Numbered from the stretch's first letter, positions 34,901 to 44,314 are shown. The stretch: DNA of 64,000 nucleotides from Polyangiales bacterium (GCA_038230375.1 JBBRNJ010000011.1:73819-137818); one strand, 5' to 3'. Notes: generated from the letters alone by a model not told the origin. Numbers and translations are program-made.

Positions 34901-35397
34901 TTCGCCTTGTCGACGACGGAGACAGGCAGGTCGCCACCGCTCATGTCGAGCGGGACGGGCACGCCGGTCTTCAGGTTGATCACGTAGACGGGGTCGTCCG
35001 CGAAATCGTGGCCGTCGTGCTGCATCTGCGAAGCAACGCGCGCGATGTCGATCGCGGCGTCACCGTCGGGGATGTCGACGGGGCGCGCGAACGCCACGGT
35101 GATCGGCTGGTACGTGCCCCAGCCTTCCATGTCCGTGAAGCCTTCACGCGCCACGGTCTCCAGGCGCGTGGACGCCACGCGGCTCACGTTGATGCGGCGT
35201 CCAGTGCGGCTCGACGGGTCAGCGACGGTGGCCACGTCGTTGGGCTGCGGGATCTCTGGCAGCGGTCGACGCGTGAGATCGAACACGACCCGAGGTCCGT
35301 TGCCCGCGGGCGTCTGCCGGTCGCCCGTGGGAATGGTGTCCACGGCGCAGGCGGCAACGCCGAGCGTGAGGGCGGCAAGAAGAAGCGCGGGTCTCAT
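31945..35397 (-). CDS. Large lipoprotein, Pla-1/VolA-like serine hydrolase (paralog 2)
   Basis: Lipobox VAAC; IPQPND, FPTTVWAHG, GIDMPGHG, SRDNIRQ, GNSFGG, DPSDPINFA; DxDxDG repeats; ATGA overlap with paralog 1. Confidence 0.78.
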   Translation of the reverse strand: MRPALLLAALTLGVAACAVDTIPTGDRQTPAGNGPRVVFDLTRRPLPEIPQPNDVATVADPSSRTGRRINVSRVASTRLETVAREGFTDMEGWGTYQPITVAFARPVDIPDGDAAIDIARVASQMQHDGHDFADDPVYVINLKTGVPVPLDMSGGDLPVSVVDKAKYFPNDPRATEENLLFETFDEAHGLLPSQYSPALDTDFDGVLDRPNTLGPVPAGGIDGIDNLLTFYERESDTLIMRPLLPLDEMTEYAVVLTDRLKDENGRPVRSPFDYIHHPAQRDSTNRVGSALDDKNHAAYFGDLSGSGLSHVAFTWSFTTQPVMDDMRVLRDGLSGVGPMAYLAHDYPTTISAFRAIGRAAPDQPDPPGWQQTKECAPKAARPYIVRVAQAKDVLDQFITMVAGFSPSEAARLEQSLDNVDYFVIGEFQSPYFMGDPAHEDPDGRFQINYRTGEARVQPDTVPFWLSVPKATAAHKQPFPTTVWAHGTTLHGDEIIARAGYFAKQGVAMIGIDMPGHGLFLNRGLTSVAKVALGGACMVPWIGGITASRAHDLNGDGQPDSGGLLWSAHIFHSRDNIRQSVVDMMQTTRVLASFDGKAVGTMDYDGDGKNELAGDFDADGVPDVGGTTDVYSAGNSFGGVLALVHGAVDHRVKATASISGGGGLTDIATRSSLVPESVLEQVLSPLLVAVPAKERTQSGTGKDTRCVGDQRSVRLVLNDLTNSRELELACLSPAELGPDMTVVLTNASNDEVRCARASDLGRFRIPIPATIGDNLRVDIFREKDLVDSYKTCRVPDGSTALRTIDTFEQAEIGELAIADGAPTCDDTVAAFGLPDGTACTQFRGLFYPVGSALTAPQEGLGLRRQSPEFRRLISLTQAAVDPSDPINFAAYYYRKHSTAPDGSDLPPRAVMEFNTDGDPLVPTSTGYAFGRASGAVPIFSPEVGAKYPEYANFTAPQPLYDALGRVTPDELLARNFAFEGLARLGRTHAGPACAENRVPATPACPNGPKKNPPFCATTLADVDYLAEGKDQYAASRPDVPLRLVRSASLTPTDAATEVLAWSPRLLGAPFSPDPKTAPPPVPLVGVVNAYINPLGQHVWVNGDSCKAFDDAVYYDHLLIRFLATRGTDVYFLSHPGTHRCLENESCAFFGK

Positions 35398-38300
35398 GGT
35401 GCGGGCAAGAAGTCGCACTTGCTCTTCGCGAGGCACGTGTGCGTGCTCGGGTGGGAGAGGTAGTAGACGTCCTTGCCCAGCGTGGAGAAGAAGCGGGCGA
35501 GCAGGTTGTTCCCATAGGTGGCGGGATCGAAGGCCTTGCACACGTCTGGCGTGTTCCAGGTGTGCGTTCCCGTGATCTCCACCTCCATGTTCAGGAGACC
35601 AATGACGGGGGCCGTTGCAGCCCATGCCGTGGCGTCGGGCGAGCTGGGAATGCCGCGCAGCCGTGGCTCCCACGCGCGCGCGAGTGACGCCTCGTCCGTG
35701 ACGTGCACGCCGGCAATGCGGCCGAGCCGCATCGGTATGCCGTGCGGCTGGTCGAAGAGCATCGCGCCCTCGCTGATCCAGTCCGGGTCGGAGAGCGCGA
35801 GCGCGCACTCCATCTTCGATACGGTGTCGGGATTGGGGCACGTCGTCGGGTCGGTGCCCACGAAGTTCGCCTTGCAGGCCGGGCCGGCGTGCGCGCGTCC
35901 CAGGCGATAATCGCCCTCGATCACGCCGGTCTCGATCAACGCGCGCATGGGCGTCTTGCCGCCGAGCGCGTCGTAGATCGCCTGCGGTGTGACGTAGTCA
36001 CCGTACTCTGGGTAGCGTGACAAGGCCTGCGGCGGCAGGAACGGCAGCGCACCGGCCGCGCGCGCGAACGTGTGCCCGGCGCCGATCGCGACAAACGAAT
36101 CACCCACGGTGTTGGTGGAGAGCAGCGCGTGGGCGGGCACCGTTGCGCCGGTCTCGTCCTTCATGGGCTTCAGCATGTAGTACGGCGCATAGTTCACGGG
36201 GTCCGCGGCGTCGAAGCCGGCCTGTGCGAGCTCGCGCAGCCGCCGGATGTCCGGCGTCTGACGTGAGAGGCCAAGGCCGTCGTTCGGGGACACAAGGGCC
36301 GACCCCACGGGGAAGTAGATGTCGCGGAACTGCACGCAGCCCGACGACGTGTCCAGGCCGAGGGCGGCGACGGCCGCGTCGCACGTCTTGTTCTCGTCGC
36401 TGACGGGGAAGGGGAACTCCACCTGCGCGACCTCGAACGTCTGGAGACGGTTCTTCTGCGGCTTGCCCGTGCGCGGGTTCGTGCCTGCAAGGATGGGTGA
36501 GCCATCCAGCACGCGGCAGCCCTTGTAAGAGAGGACGACGTCGGGCGCCGAGTAGAACTGGATATCGATGCGATCGAACTGCGACGCAGGCACGGGGACG
36601 CGGAAGCGCCCGTCGCGATCGGTGCGTGCGCAGCGCACCTCCTTGTTCTGGAGGTTCGTGACGATCACCGTCATCTGCTCGGTGAGGTCCTCGGGCTCCA
36701 TGCACGCGATCTCCACCTCTGCGGAGTTCACGCCCTCGTTGACGATGAAGCGCACGCTGCGCTGGTTCGGCGCGCACGCGCTGCCAGGTCGCTCCGAGTT
36801 CTTGGTCTTCGGCCGCTCCGTGGAAGGAATGGACACGACCAGCGGAGACAGCATCTGCTCGGTCACGGACTCGACGACACCGTACGAGCGGAACGCGACG
36901 TCCAGCGCGAGCGAGCCACCACCGCCGCCCTCCTGTGCGCTGGCCACGTAGTACGGCTCGATGCCGCCCGCGAGCTGCGACACGATCGCGCCCAGGCTCT
37001 CTCCGGAGGTGAAATAGGGCAGGTTCGGGCCGCCCACGTCGACCACGCCGTCACCGTCGAAGTCGCCCGCGAGGTCCGGCTTGCCGTCGCTGTTGAAGTC
37101 CTGCGTGGACATCTTCTTGCCGTCGAACGAGCGCAGCATGCGCATCGCCTGGAAGCCGTCCACGATTCCCTGCCGTACGTTGTCACGCGTGTGCGCGATG
37201 TGACTGGTCCACCACATCCAGCCGGAGTCGCCGACGCCGTCGCCGTTGTAGTCGTGCGTGCGGCCCTTCGCGTACGCGGCAACGAACGGCACCAGGCACG
37301 CGGTGCCGAGCTGCGCCTTCGCGAGCGCCCTGTCACCCACGGACAGCGTGACGCCGTGCTCGGGCATGTCATACGAGATCATCGCGATGCCCTGTCGCGC
37401 AAAGTCGCCAGCGTAGATGAGCACCTCGTCCGAATGACCCGTGACGCCGTGGTTGTGGAACGTGACGGGGAACGGCGCCTTGTGCTGCGCGGTGGCCTTC
37501 GGCACGGCCAGGAAGAAGGGCACCTCGTCGGTGTGGACGTCGCCGGTTCCGTCCTTGAAGTTCAGGTGGAAGCGGGTGTCCGGATCGGTGGAGGCTGGAT
37601 CGCCGAGTAAATAAGGCGATTTGAACGTGCCGATCACGAAGTGGTCGACGTTCTGGAGCGCGTTCTCCAGACCAGCGAGCTCGCCCTTGCTGCCGCCGAG
37701 GAGCTGGTCGATGACGTCCTTGAACGCGATCCAGATATCAGGGTCGGACAGCTTCAGGATGTAAGGCTCCTTGCCGCGGCCCTTGCAGAGCGGGTCGCTG
37801 GGCCAGGTGGGGACGTCGTCGGGGTTCTCCGTCTTGCCCGAGGCGGGGAGCGCCGTTGCGTCCGGCGGGAAGTCCGTCGCGAAGCGCGCGAACGGTCCCT
37901 GACCGTAGAGGCCCGCGCGGAGCACGCGCAGATCTTCCGACGTGGGCTGCGTGGTGAACGTCCACGTGAAGGCCACGTGGTCGAGCCCCGTGCCGGCCAG
38001 ATCGCCGAAGTACGCGGAGCGCGTCTTGTCGGACAGAAGGGAGGCGACGCGCACGGCGGCGTTCGGCTGCTCCGGGTGATGGATGTGCTGGAACGGCGAG
38101 CGCACGGGCTTGTGGTTCGATCCGCGCATGCGGTCCGTCACCACCACGGCGTACTCCGTCCGCTCGTCGAGCGGGACCACGGGCCGCAGCATCAGCGTAT
38201 CCGTCTCGCGCTCGTACCACGTGAGCAGGTTGTCGACGCCAGCGACGCCCTGCGTGCCGAGCGTGTTCGGGTGGTCGAGCACGCCGTCGAAGTCGCGGTC

Positions 38301-38915
38301 GAGCGACGGCCGGTAGTCCGCCTGCGTGAGGCCGATGCCTTCTTCCTGCGTCTCGAACACCAGGTTCGGCTCGCTCGCCTTCGAGTCGTTGACGAAGTAC
38401 TTCCACGGGTCGCGCAGCGTGATGGGGTACATGCCCGTGCCCGCGTCCATGAAGACGGGAACGCCTGTGGTCAGGTTGATCACGTAGACCGGGTCGTCGG
38501 AGAAGTCGAAGCCTGCATCCTGCATGCGGACGGCAAAATCCTGCAGATCGATCGCAGCGTCGCCCGGCGCTTGTGTCGCGCTCCTGGAGAACCCCACGGA
38601 GATGGGCTGCGTGGTGCCCCAGCCCTCCATGTCGTCGAATGCCTCGCGCAGCTTCGACTCCATGATGGTGGGCGAGATGAGGCTCGCGTTCAGGCGACGG
38701 CCGGTCCGGCTCGTGGGATCGGGGAAGGTCGCGATGTCGTTCGGCAGCGGGATGTCCGGCAACGGCCGCTTGAGCAGGTCGAACTTCACGACGGGGCCAT
38801 CGCCGGGCGGCGTGAGCTTCTCGCCGCTCGGGATCGTGTCCACACCGCAGGCCAGGATGGAGCCCGCCGCCATGCATGCGAGCGCCGCGCGGCTGAAGAG
38901 AGCAGATGCGCGCAT
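35394..38915 (-). CDS. Large lipoprotein, Pla-1/VolA-like serine hydrolase (paralog 1)
   Basis: Lipobox ILAC; IPLPND, FPVTFHNHG, YDMPEHG, TRDNVRQ, GESLG, DAADPVNYA; collinear with the downstream paralog. Confidence 0.78.
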   Translation of the reverse strand: MRASALFSRAALACMAAGSILACGVDTIPSGEKLTPPGDGPVVKFDLLKRPLPDIPLPNDIATFPDPTSRTGRRLNASLISPTIMESKLREAFDDMEGWGTTQPISVGFSRSATQAPGDAAIDLQDFAVRMQDAGFDFSDDPVYVINLTTGVPVFMDAGTGMYPITLRDPWKYFVNDSKASEPNLVFETQEEGIGLTQADYRPSLDRDFDGVLDHPNTLGTQGVAGVDNLLTWYERETDTLMLRPVVPLDERTEYAVVVTDRMRGSNHKPVRSPFQHIHHPEQPNAAVRVASLLSDKTRSAYFGDLAGTGLDHVAFTWTFTTQPTSEDLRVLRAGLYGQGPFARFATDFPPDATALPASGKTENPDDVPTWPSDPLCKGRGKEPYILKLSDPDIWIAFKDVIDQLLGGSKGELAGLENALQNVDHFVIGTFKSPYLLGDPASTDPDTRFHLNFKDGTGDVHTDEVPFFLAVPKATAQHKAPFPVTFHNHGVTGHSDEVLIYAGDFARQGIAMISYDMPEHGVTLSVGDRALAKAQLGTACLVPFVAAYAKGRTHDYNGDGVGDSGWMWWTSHIAHTRDNVRQGIVDGFQAMRMLRSFDGKKMSTQDFNSDGKPDLAGDFDGDGVVDVGGPNLPYFTSGESLGAIVSQLAGGIEPYYVASAQEGGGGGSLALDVAFRSYGVVESVTEQMLSPLVVSIPSTERPKTKNSERPGSACAPNQRSVRFIVNEGVNSAEVEIACMEPEDLTEQMTVIVTNLQNKEVRCARTDRDGRFRVPVPASQFDRIDIQFYSAPDVVLSYKGCRVLDGSPILAGTNPRTGKPQKNRLQTFEVAQVEFPFPVSDENKTCDAAVAALGLDTSSGCVQFRDIYFPVGSALVSPNDGLGLSRQTPDIRRLRELAQAGFDAADPVNYAPYYMLKPMKDETGATVPAHALLSTNTVGDSFVAIGAGHTFARAAGALPFLPPQALSRYPEYGDYVTPQAIYDALGGKTPMRALIETGVIEGDYRLGRAHAGPACKANFVGTDPTTCPNPDTVSKMECALALSDPDWISEGAMLFDQPHGIPMRLGRIAGVHVTDEASLARAWEPRLRGIPSSPDATAWAATAPVIGLLNMEVEITGTHTWNTPDVCKAFDPATYGNNLLARFFSTLGKDVYYLSHPSTHTCLAKSKCDFLPAP

Positions 38916-40648
38916 CAGAACATCACCCCCACGCGCGCCATCGTGATCCACGGGGTCTTGTAGGTGGCGCCGCCAGCGTCCGCGAGCGCGCTGCCCGGGA
39001 AGAGCACGCCGCCCTGTGCGCCGAGCGTTCCGACGATGCCGCGATCCAGATCCGCGCGCACCTCCACGCCAGCGTCGAGCTCCACGCCCAGGTCGTGCCG
39101 CTTCGGGTCACCGCCGCGCGCGTTGACGTAGTTGCCGGAGGTGACCACGCGATACGGGTCCACGACGTCCGCGGTGGACTGCGCGATGACCGCGCCGCCC
39201 TTCAGATCGAGCCACGGACGAGGGCGATAGATGCCCGTCGGATTGATGTATTCTGCACCATACGCGCCGCCCTGCGACGGGTAGAGGTCGATGCCGGGCG
39301 AGGGCCGCGCGCCGTTCGAGAGCAGCGGGTCCTTCGCCGCGTTGGCGGAGCGCGCCGTCTGCCAGCGGAGCACCTCGTCGAAGAGAAGGAGACCGATCTT
39401 GTGGTTCGGGTCGAACGTGAAGCGGCGCTCGGTTCCGTCGAGCGGGTCCGCGTCGCCCGAGGCATAGCCGACCTCGATCTGCGCGACGATGTCGCCGTAG
39501 CGCTGCGGCTTCTTGGACTTGGCGTCGTCCCCGAACAGGAGTCGCTTCTGGCGCTCTCCGCGAGAGACGTGCGCCACGCCGAGCTGCGCCGCGCCACCGT
39601 ACGACCGCACGAGCACGGACGTGCCCTGCGCGGTCTGGTCGACGGTGCGCAGGTAGTTGGTGGAGCCGAAGATGGTCGCGGCCTCGATCGCGCCGAAGAG
39701 GTACGCGTCCACGCCGGGGACGTGCGACGTGAACTGCCCGAACACGTCGAGCACGCCGACCTCCAGCTTGTCGGTGTAGCCGAGGATGTCGTTGCCCCCG
39801 CTCTTCCGATCGTTCTGCTGGTTGCGGTACACGCCGTACACGCCGAGCTCGACGTTCTTCTTCTCGTAGATCGCCGCGAGCACGCCCTGGAATGCGTGAT
39901 CGCCGTCGCTCAGGCGCGCGGTGTTGTCGCGGAACACGAGATCGCCAGCGACCGCGACGGTGACGTCGCTGTCCTTGCCGCCCGGCTTGGTGGCAAAGAG
40001 GATGCGCTCGTTCACGGCGCCGTAGCGGTAGTCGCCGAAGACAGAGGGGTGATCGCCATCATTCGCGATGATGCCGAGACCCCAGTGACTCGGCTGCTGC
40101 CCCACGCGGAGCAAGCCCACCTTCGTGTGGATGTCCGCGTAGAGCCAGCGCGGGTCCACGTTGGAGAAGCCGTTGTACTGGTCGCGCGCGGTGCGGTCGG
40201 TGGAGACGTCGTGCGCGACCTCGCCAACGACGATGCCGGTGAGATCGAGCTGCCCGACGATCTCGATCTGATCGTTCACCGAGAAGCGCGGCGTGATGCG
40301 TAGCCAGTGGTTCACCCACTGGTTCTGTCCGAGCGAGTCGCCCACGAGCGCGGGCCGTGCATTCACCGCCGATGCGGTTGGCGTGAGCGGGAAGCTCCGC
40401 ATCACGTTGTAGCGAAGCTGGTACTCGCCATGGAGCGTGAGGCGGATCACGTCGGCCTCTGGCTTCTCTACTTCGGGGCGCGCGGTCGTGAGCCGCAGGG
40501 GTGCAAGCTCCTTCGGCGACATGTCCGGTAGCTCAACGATCTCCGGCTGCGGAAACGGAGCGGACAACGCCGCGGACGGAGGGGGCGACGCCTCTACGGA
40601 GAGCGCGACGGTGGGGGCCAAAAAGAAGGGTAGAAGAGCGGGATTCAT
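38915..40648 (-). CDS. Outer-membrane beta-barrel protein (alginate-export/porin-like)
   Basis: Signal peptide, alternating amphipathic strands, GQQPSHWGLGIIANDG, GYASGD, LGVELD, C-terminal Phe; TGATG coupling. Confidence 0.75.
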   Translation of the reverse strand: MNPALLPFFLAPTVALSVEASPPPSAALSAPFPQPEIVELPDMSPKELAPLRLTTARPEVEKPEADVIRLTLHGEYQLRYNVMRSFPLTPTASAVNARPALVGDSLGQNQWVNHWLRITPRFSVNDQIEIVGQLDLTGIVVGEVAHDVSTDRTARDQYNGFSNVDPRWLYADIHTKVGLLRVGQQPSHWGLGIIANDGDHPSVFGDYRYGAVNERILFATKPGGKDSDVTVAVAGDLVFRDNTARLSDGDHAFQGVLAAIYEKKNVELGVYGVYRNQQNDRKSGGNDILGYTDKLEVGVLDVFGQFTSHVPGVDAYLFGAIEAATIFGSTNYLRTVDQTAQGTSVLVRSYGGAAQLGVAHVSRGERQKRLLFGDDAKSKKPQRYGDIVAQIEVGYASGDADPLDGTERRFTFDPNHKIGLLLFDEVLRWQTARSANAAKDPLLSNGARPSPGIDLYPSQGGAYGAEYINPTGIYRPRPWLDLKGGAVIAQSTADVVDPYRVVTSGNYVNARGGDPKRHDLGVELDAGVEVRADLDRGIVGTLGAQGGVLFPGSALADAGGATYKTPWITMARVGVMF

Positions 40649-41103
40649 GGGCTCGGGCGCGCGGAGCATACTTTTGTCGAGCCCGTTCAGGGCGACGAAT
40701 CTCGCACCGGCAGTGGATCGAGACGAAACCACGCGCGAGAGTCACTTCAACCCCACGAACCCCAACGGATTTGCGCATGTAGGCCTTCATTGTCCTACAC
40801 GACCGTGGATCGCTACGGTCTCAACCTCGCTACCGGCGATAGCTGTAAACGCTCGATATGACGGCAGACCGCCGCTGGCCTACGATGTGCAACTATGTAG
40901 GTATACGCGACGACGAAGCGATGGAGGAACGGAGTCGTCAGCGAGTCCACAGCGTCTCATTTCACCAGCCAGTCCGCAGACCCAGTCCCGCAGGGGAGGA
41001 ACGACTCACGCAGCCCGAGGTTGGGCGCCCGATTCGAATGAATCGCGTGACTCTCCTCCGCAAGCGGCGGTTCGTGCTTCCCCTGTCGCCCTTTTGTCTG
41101 CGA

Positions 41104-41784
41104 ATGTTCGTCGGCGTGTCACGACCCATCTCGCGAGCAGCGCTTACGGGATTCCTGTTCGCCTCGCTTTGGGTCGCGCCGGCGTATGCCGATGACGGTT
41201 CCCCGCTCATCCCGGTCGTGGACAGGCACAAGCGCGTGACGCTCGGCTTGCAGCCCATCTCGGCGTTGCTCACGCAGCGCTTCGTCGTCGAGAGCTCGAT
41301 CCGCGTGGCGGAGAACCACGCGATCGTCGTCGCGCCGTACGCCGTCTACTTCACCACGCTCGACTATCTCGCCATCCTCCAGGGTGCTCGCAACCCGACG
41401 AAGGACATCCTGAAGGGGCAGGGGCTCGAGTTCGGCTATCGCTATCGAACGGTGCCGGTGACCCATAGTCACATCGCCGTCGCGCGGTTCTACGGCGACG
41501 CCCGCCTTCTCGTGTCCCAGTTCACGCTGCGCCACAGCACCGAGGACGCCCACGGCAACCTCACGCAGACCCCAGCGCTGCCCTATTCGCGTCACGGCTT
41601 CGCGTTCGAGTTCGGCGCGGAGGCGACGATTGCGCCGGTCTTCTACTTCGCGCTCACCGGGGGCTTCGAATACACGTACACGAGCAAGTCGTTCGAGGGC
41701 GCGCAGAAGCTCACCGCGACCTCTGCCATCTACGGCGAAGGCTTTCGTCCCCGCGTAGGTGGCGCCACGGGCTTCACCTTCTAG
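41104..41784 (+). CDS. Small outer-membrane beta-barrel protein (DUF3575-like), start uncertain
   Basis: Signal peptide ending PAYA, amphipathic strands (GLEFGYRY), C-terminal GFTF. Confidence 0.65.
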   Translation: MFVGVSRPISRAALTGFLFASLWVAPAYADDGSPLIPVVDRHKRVTLGLQPISALLTQRFVVESSIRVAENHAIVVAPYAVYFTTLDYLAILQGARNPTKDILKGQGLEFGYRYRTVPVTHSHIAVARFYGDARLLVSQFTLRHSTEDAHGNLTQTPALPYSRHGFAFEFGAEATIAPVFYFALTGGFEYTYTSKSFEGAQKLTATSAIYGEGFRPRVGGATGFTF

Positions 41785-41805
41785 AGATGGGTGTATAACG
41801 CCGCC

Positions 41806-43377
41806 ATGAACACGTCAGCGACGGACGTCATGAACCCCGTGCTCATCGGTCTCCCGCTCGAGTTGTCCGATCTGGAAGACGTCGCGGTGCGTGGTCGTCC
41901 CGTCGCCGTCGCCGAACAGGCGCGCGAGAAGATGCGCCGCTCACGCAAGGCGATCGAGGAGATCATCGTCGCGGGAGATGCAGCGCCGAACGTCTACGGG
42001 GTGAACACGGGGTTCGGTGCGCTGTCGGAGACACGAATCGACGCGAAGGAGGTGCGCGACCTCCAGAAGAACCTGGTGCGTTCGCACTCGACCGGCATCG
42101 GGACGGATCTGCCGGTGCCCGCGGTGCGCGGGATGATGCTGCTGCGCGCGCAGGTGATCGCGCTCGGTCACTCGGGCGTGCGCGAGGACCTCGTGGATCT
42201 TCTCGCGCAGATGCTCAACGCCGGCGTGACGCCAAAGGTGCCGTCGCAGGGCTCCGTTGGCGCGTCGGGAGATCTCGCGCCGCTCGCGCATCTTGCGCTC
42301 ACGATGATCGGTGAAGGGCACGCGCGCCTGGGCGACGGCCCGCTGCGGCCATCGCTCCTTGTCCTGCAGGAGGCGAAGATCACGCCGGTCGTGCTGGAGG
42401 CGAAGGAAGGCCTGTCGCTCATCAACGGCACGCAGTACATGGCGTCGCTCGGCGTGCTCGCGCTGCTCGAGGTGGAGCGGCTGCTCACCGCCGCGGACGT
42501 CGCGGGCGCGATGAGCCTGGAGGCACTGAAGGGGTCGTCCAAGCCGTTCGACGAGCGGCTGCACGCGATCCGCCCACACCAGGGCCAGCTCACCGTCTCG
42601 AAGAACCTCCGCACGCTGCTCGCGGAGAGCGAGATCGCGGAGAGCCACCGCGACTGCAAGAAGGTGCAGGATGCATATTCCTTGCGCTGCATGCCCCAGG
42701 TGCACGGCGCGAGCCGCGACGCGCTCGGGTGGGTGCGTTCGGTGCTTCGCTGCGAGATCAACAGCGTCACCGACAACCCGTCGGTCCTCCTGGATCGTGG
42801 CGAGACGGAGATCGTCAGCGGCGGCAATTTCCACGGGCAGCCACTGGCGCTCGCGCTCGATCTTGCGGCCATGGCCACCGCGGAGCTCGCCAACATCAGT
42901 GAGCGTCGCGTGGAGCAGCTGGTGAACCCGGCGCTCTCGTCGGGCCTCACGCCGTTTCTTGCCGCGTCGAGCGGTCTGCACTCCGGCTTCATGATCGCGC
43001 AGGTCGCGAGCGCGTCGCTCGTCAGCGAGAACAAGGTGCTGTCGCATCCGGCAAGCGTGGACTCCATCCCGTCCTCGGCGGGCAAGGAGGATCACGTGAG
43101 CATGGGCTCCGTCTCCGCGAAGAAGCTCGGCCTCGTGGTCGACAACACGAAGAACGCGCTCGCGATCGAGATCATGACGGCCGCGGCCGGGCTCGATCAG
43201 CGCGCGCCACTCAAACCGAGCACGGGCGTTGGCGTTGCTCTCGCGAAGGTGCGCGAGGTCGTCGCGAAGATGACGGCCGACCGCCCGCTCTACGAGGACA
43301 TCGCGGCCGTCGCGGGGTTGCTATCGCGCCGCGAGCTCGTGGCCGCCGTTGAAGCGAAGGTCGGTCCGCTGGCCTGA
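41806..43377 (+). CDS. hutH: Histidine ammonia-lyase
   Basis: VYGVNTGFG, GASGDLAPL (MIO Ala-Ser-Gly), QDAYSLRC.PQVHGA, SGGNFHG, EDHVSMG. Confidence 0.95.
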   Translation: MNTSATDVMNPVLIGLPLELSDLEDVAVRGRPVAVAEQAREKMRRSRKAIEEIIVAGDAAPNVYGVNTGFGALSETRIDAKEVRDLQKNLVRSHSTGIGTDLPVPAVRGMMLLRAQVIALGHSGVREDLVDLLAQMLNAGVTPKVPSQGSVGASGDLAPLAHLALTMIGEGHARLGDGPLRPSLLVLQEAKITPVVLEAKEGLSLINGTQYMASLGVLALLEVERLLTAADVAGAMSLEALKGSSKPFDERLHAIRPHQGQLTVSKNLRTLLAESEIAESHRDCKKVQDAYSLRCMPQVHGASRDALGWVRSVLRCEINSVTDNPSVLLDRGETEIVSGGNFHGQPLALALDLAAMATAELANISERRVEQLVNPALSSGLTPFLAASSGLHSGFMIAQVASASLVSENKVLSHPASVDSIPSSAGKEDHVSMGSVSAKKLGLVVDNTKNALAIEIMTAAAGLDQRAPLKPSTGVGVALAKVREVVAKMTADRPLYEDIAAVAGLLSRRELVAAVEAKVGPLA

Positions 43378-43405
43378 GCGTTCGCAGGTGTCAGCACACG
43401 TGTTC

Positions 43406-43439
43406 CCGGGCGCCTCCGGCTCGAGCCCCGCGCTGTTTG
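43406..43439. repeat. Partial copy of the 66-bp dispersed repeat abutting the tRNA 3' end
   Basis: ccgggcgcctccggctcgagccccgcgctgtttg versus 43626-43658. Confidence 0.85.
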
Positions 43440-43523
43440 GTAGCCCCTCCCGGGGTCGAACCGGGATGATCTTGCGATCCGCGGATTTTAAATCCGCTGC
43501 GTATGCCATTCCGCCAAGGGGCC
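43438..43523 (-). tRNA. tRNA-Leu (anticodon TAA)
   Basis: Acceptor GGCCCCT/AGGGGCT + A-CCA; D-loop TGG; anticodon arm GCGGA-TTTAAAA-TCCGC; long variable arm; T-loop GGTTCGACCC. Confidence 0.95.
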
Positions 43524-43591
43524 TCTAGGTCGCCGCAGGCAGCCTACAGCGGATCGCGCTGCAAGGTGCGTCCGGGTGGCTTCGGTTTTTC

Positions 43592-43657
43592 CCCCGTCGG
43601 GGATCACGAAGCGCGGCCTCACCTGCCGGGCGCCTCCGGCTCGATCCCGCGCTGTTT
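43592..43657. repeat. 66-bp dispersed repeat, copy 2
   Basis: 61/66 identical to 68-133. Confidence 0.9.
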
Positions 43658-43777
43658 GCTCCATGCTTTGCATCGTCGGTCAGTCGGATGTGTCTTGCGC
43701 CGGATGATCAGCGGGCGGGGCGTTTTTGTGTGTCTTCTTGTGAGAGCTTTTCTTTTTCATAGGGCAAGCTTCTTCCC

Positions 43778-44294
43778 ATGAAGGCGAGGGCTTTTGGTGT
43801 TGCCGTCGCGCTTGTGTTCGTCGCGGCTCGCGCGGACGCGGCTCCGTCGGGAAACGAATCATCCATCATCGGAAATCCGGGGGAGCATCCGGACTACCAC
43901 CTGGAGATCGAGCCGCATGGCTTGCTCGCGTTCGGCGGACCGTTCAACGCCTGGCGCGGGAATTTCGGCGCAGGTGTCCGGGCCACGTTCCCGCTCATCG
44001 GCAACGGACCCATCCCCAGCATCAACAACAACCTCGGCATCGGCGTTGGTGCGGACTTCTTTGTCTTCAACGGCGCCGCGCTGTTCGTGCCGGTGGTCGG
44101 GCAGTGGAATTTCTTCTTGCTGTCGCACTTCTCGCTGTTCTTGGAGGCGGGGTTGGTGTCACCTTCGGCGGGCTGCACTACGTGGACCCCATCCTCGGGG
44201 TTGGCGGTCGCTACCACTTCACGGAGCGCCTCGCGCTCACCGTGCGTCTCGAGTATACCCAGCACTCGCCATCGGCCTCTCCATCTATCTCTGA
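43778..44294 (+). pseudogene. Small beta-barrel outer-membrane protein broken by two apparent -1 frameshifts (pseudogene or sequencing error)
   Basis: Signal peptide and barrel strands continue across frames at about 44152 (EAG|VGVTFGG..GGRYHF) and about 44252 (|YPALAIGLSIYL*). Confidence 0.65.
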
Positions 44295-44314
44295 GCGGCT
44301 AGAAAAGGGAAATC

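Noticed and set aside
30289..35397. Lasso peptide biosynthetic cluster around the B2-like gene
   Set aside because: No asparagine-synthetase-like cyclase, RRE/PqqD or precursor peptide found in the window.
40650..41100. Riboswitch or sRNA in the 450-bp divergent intergenic region
   Set aside because: Only short hairpins (e.g. CCTAC...GTAGG); no recognisable aptamer consensus; cannot be supported without an Rfam search.
43380..43780. Prophage or genomic-island attachment site at tRNA-Leu
   Set aside because: No integrase, no duplicated Leu-tRNA 3' end seen, and flanking genes have host-like composition.
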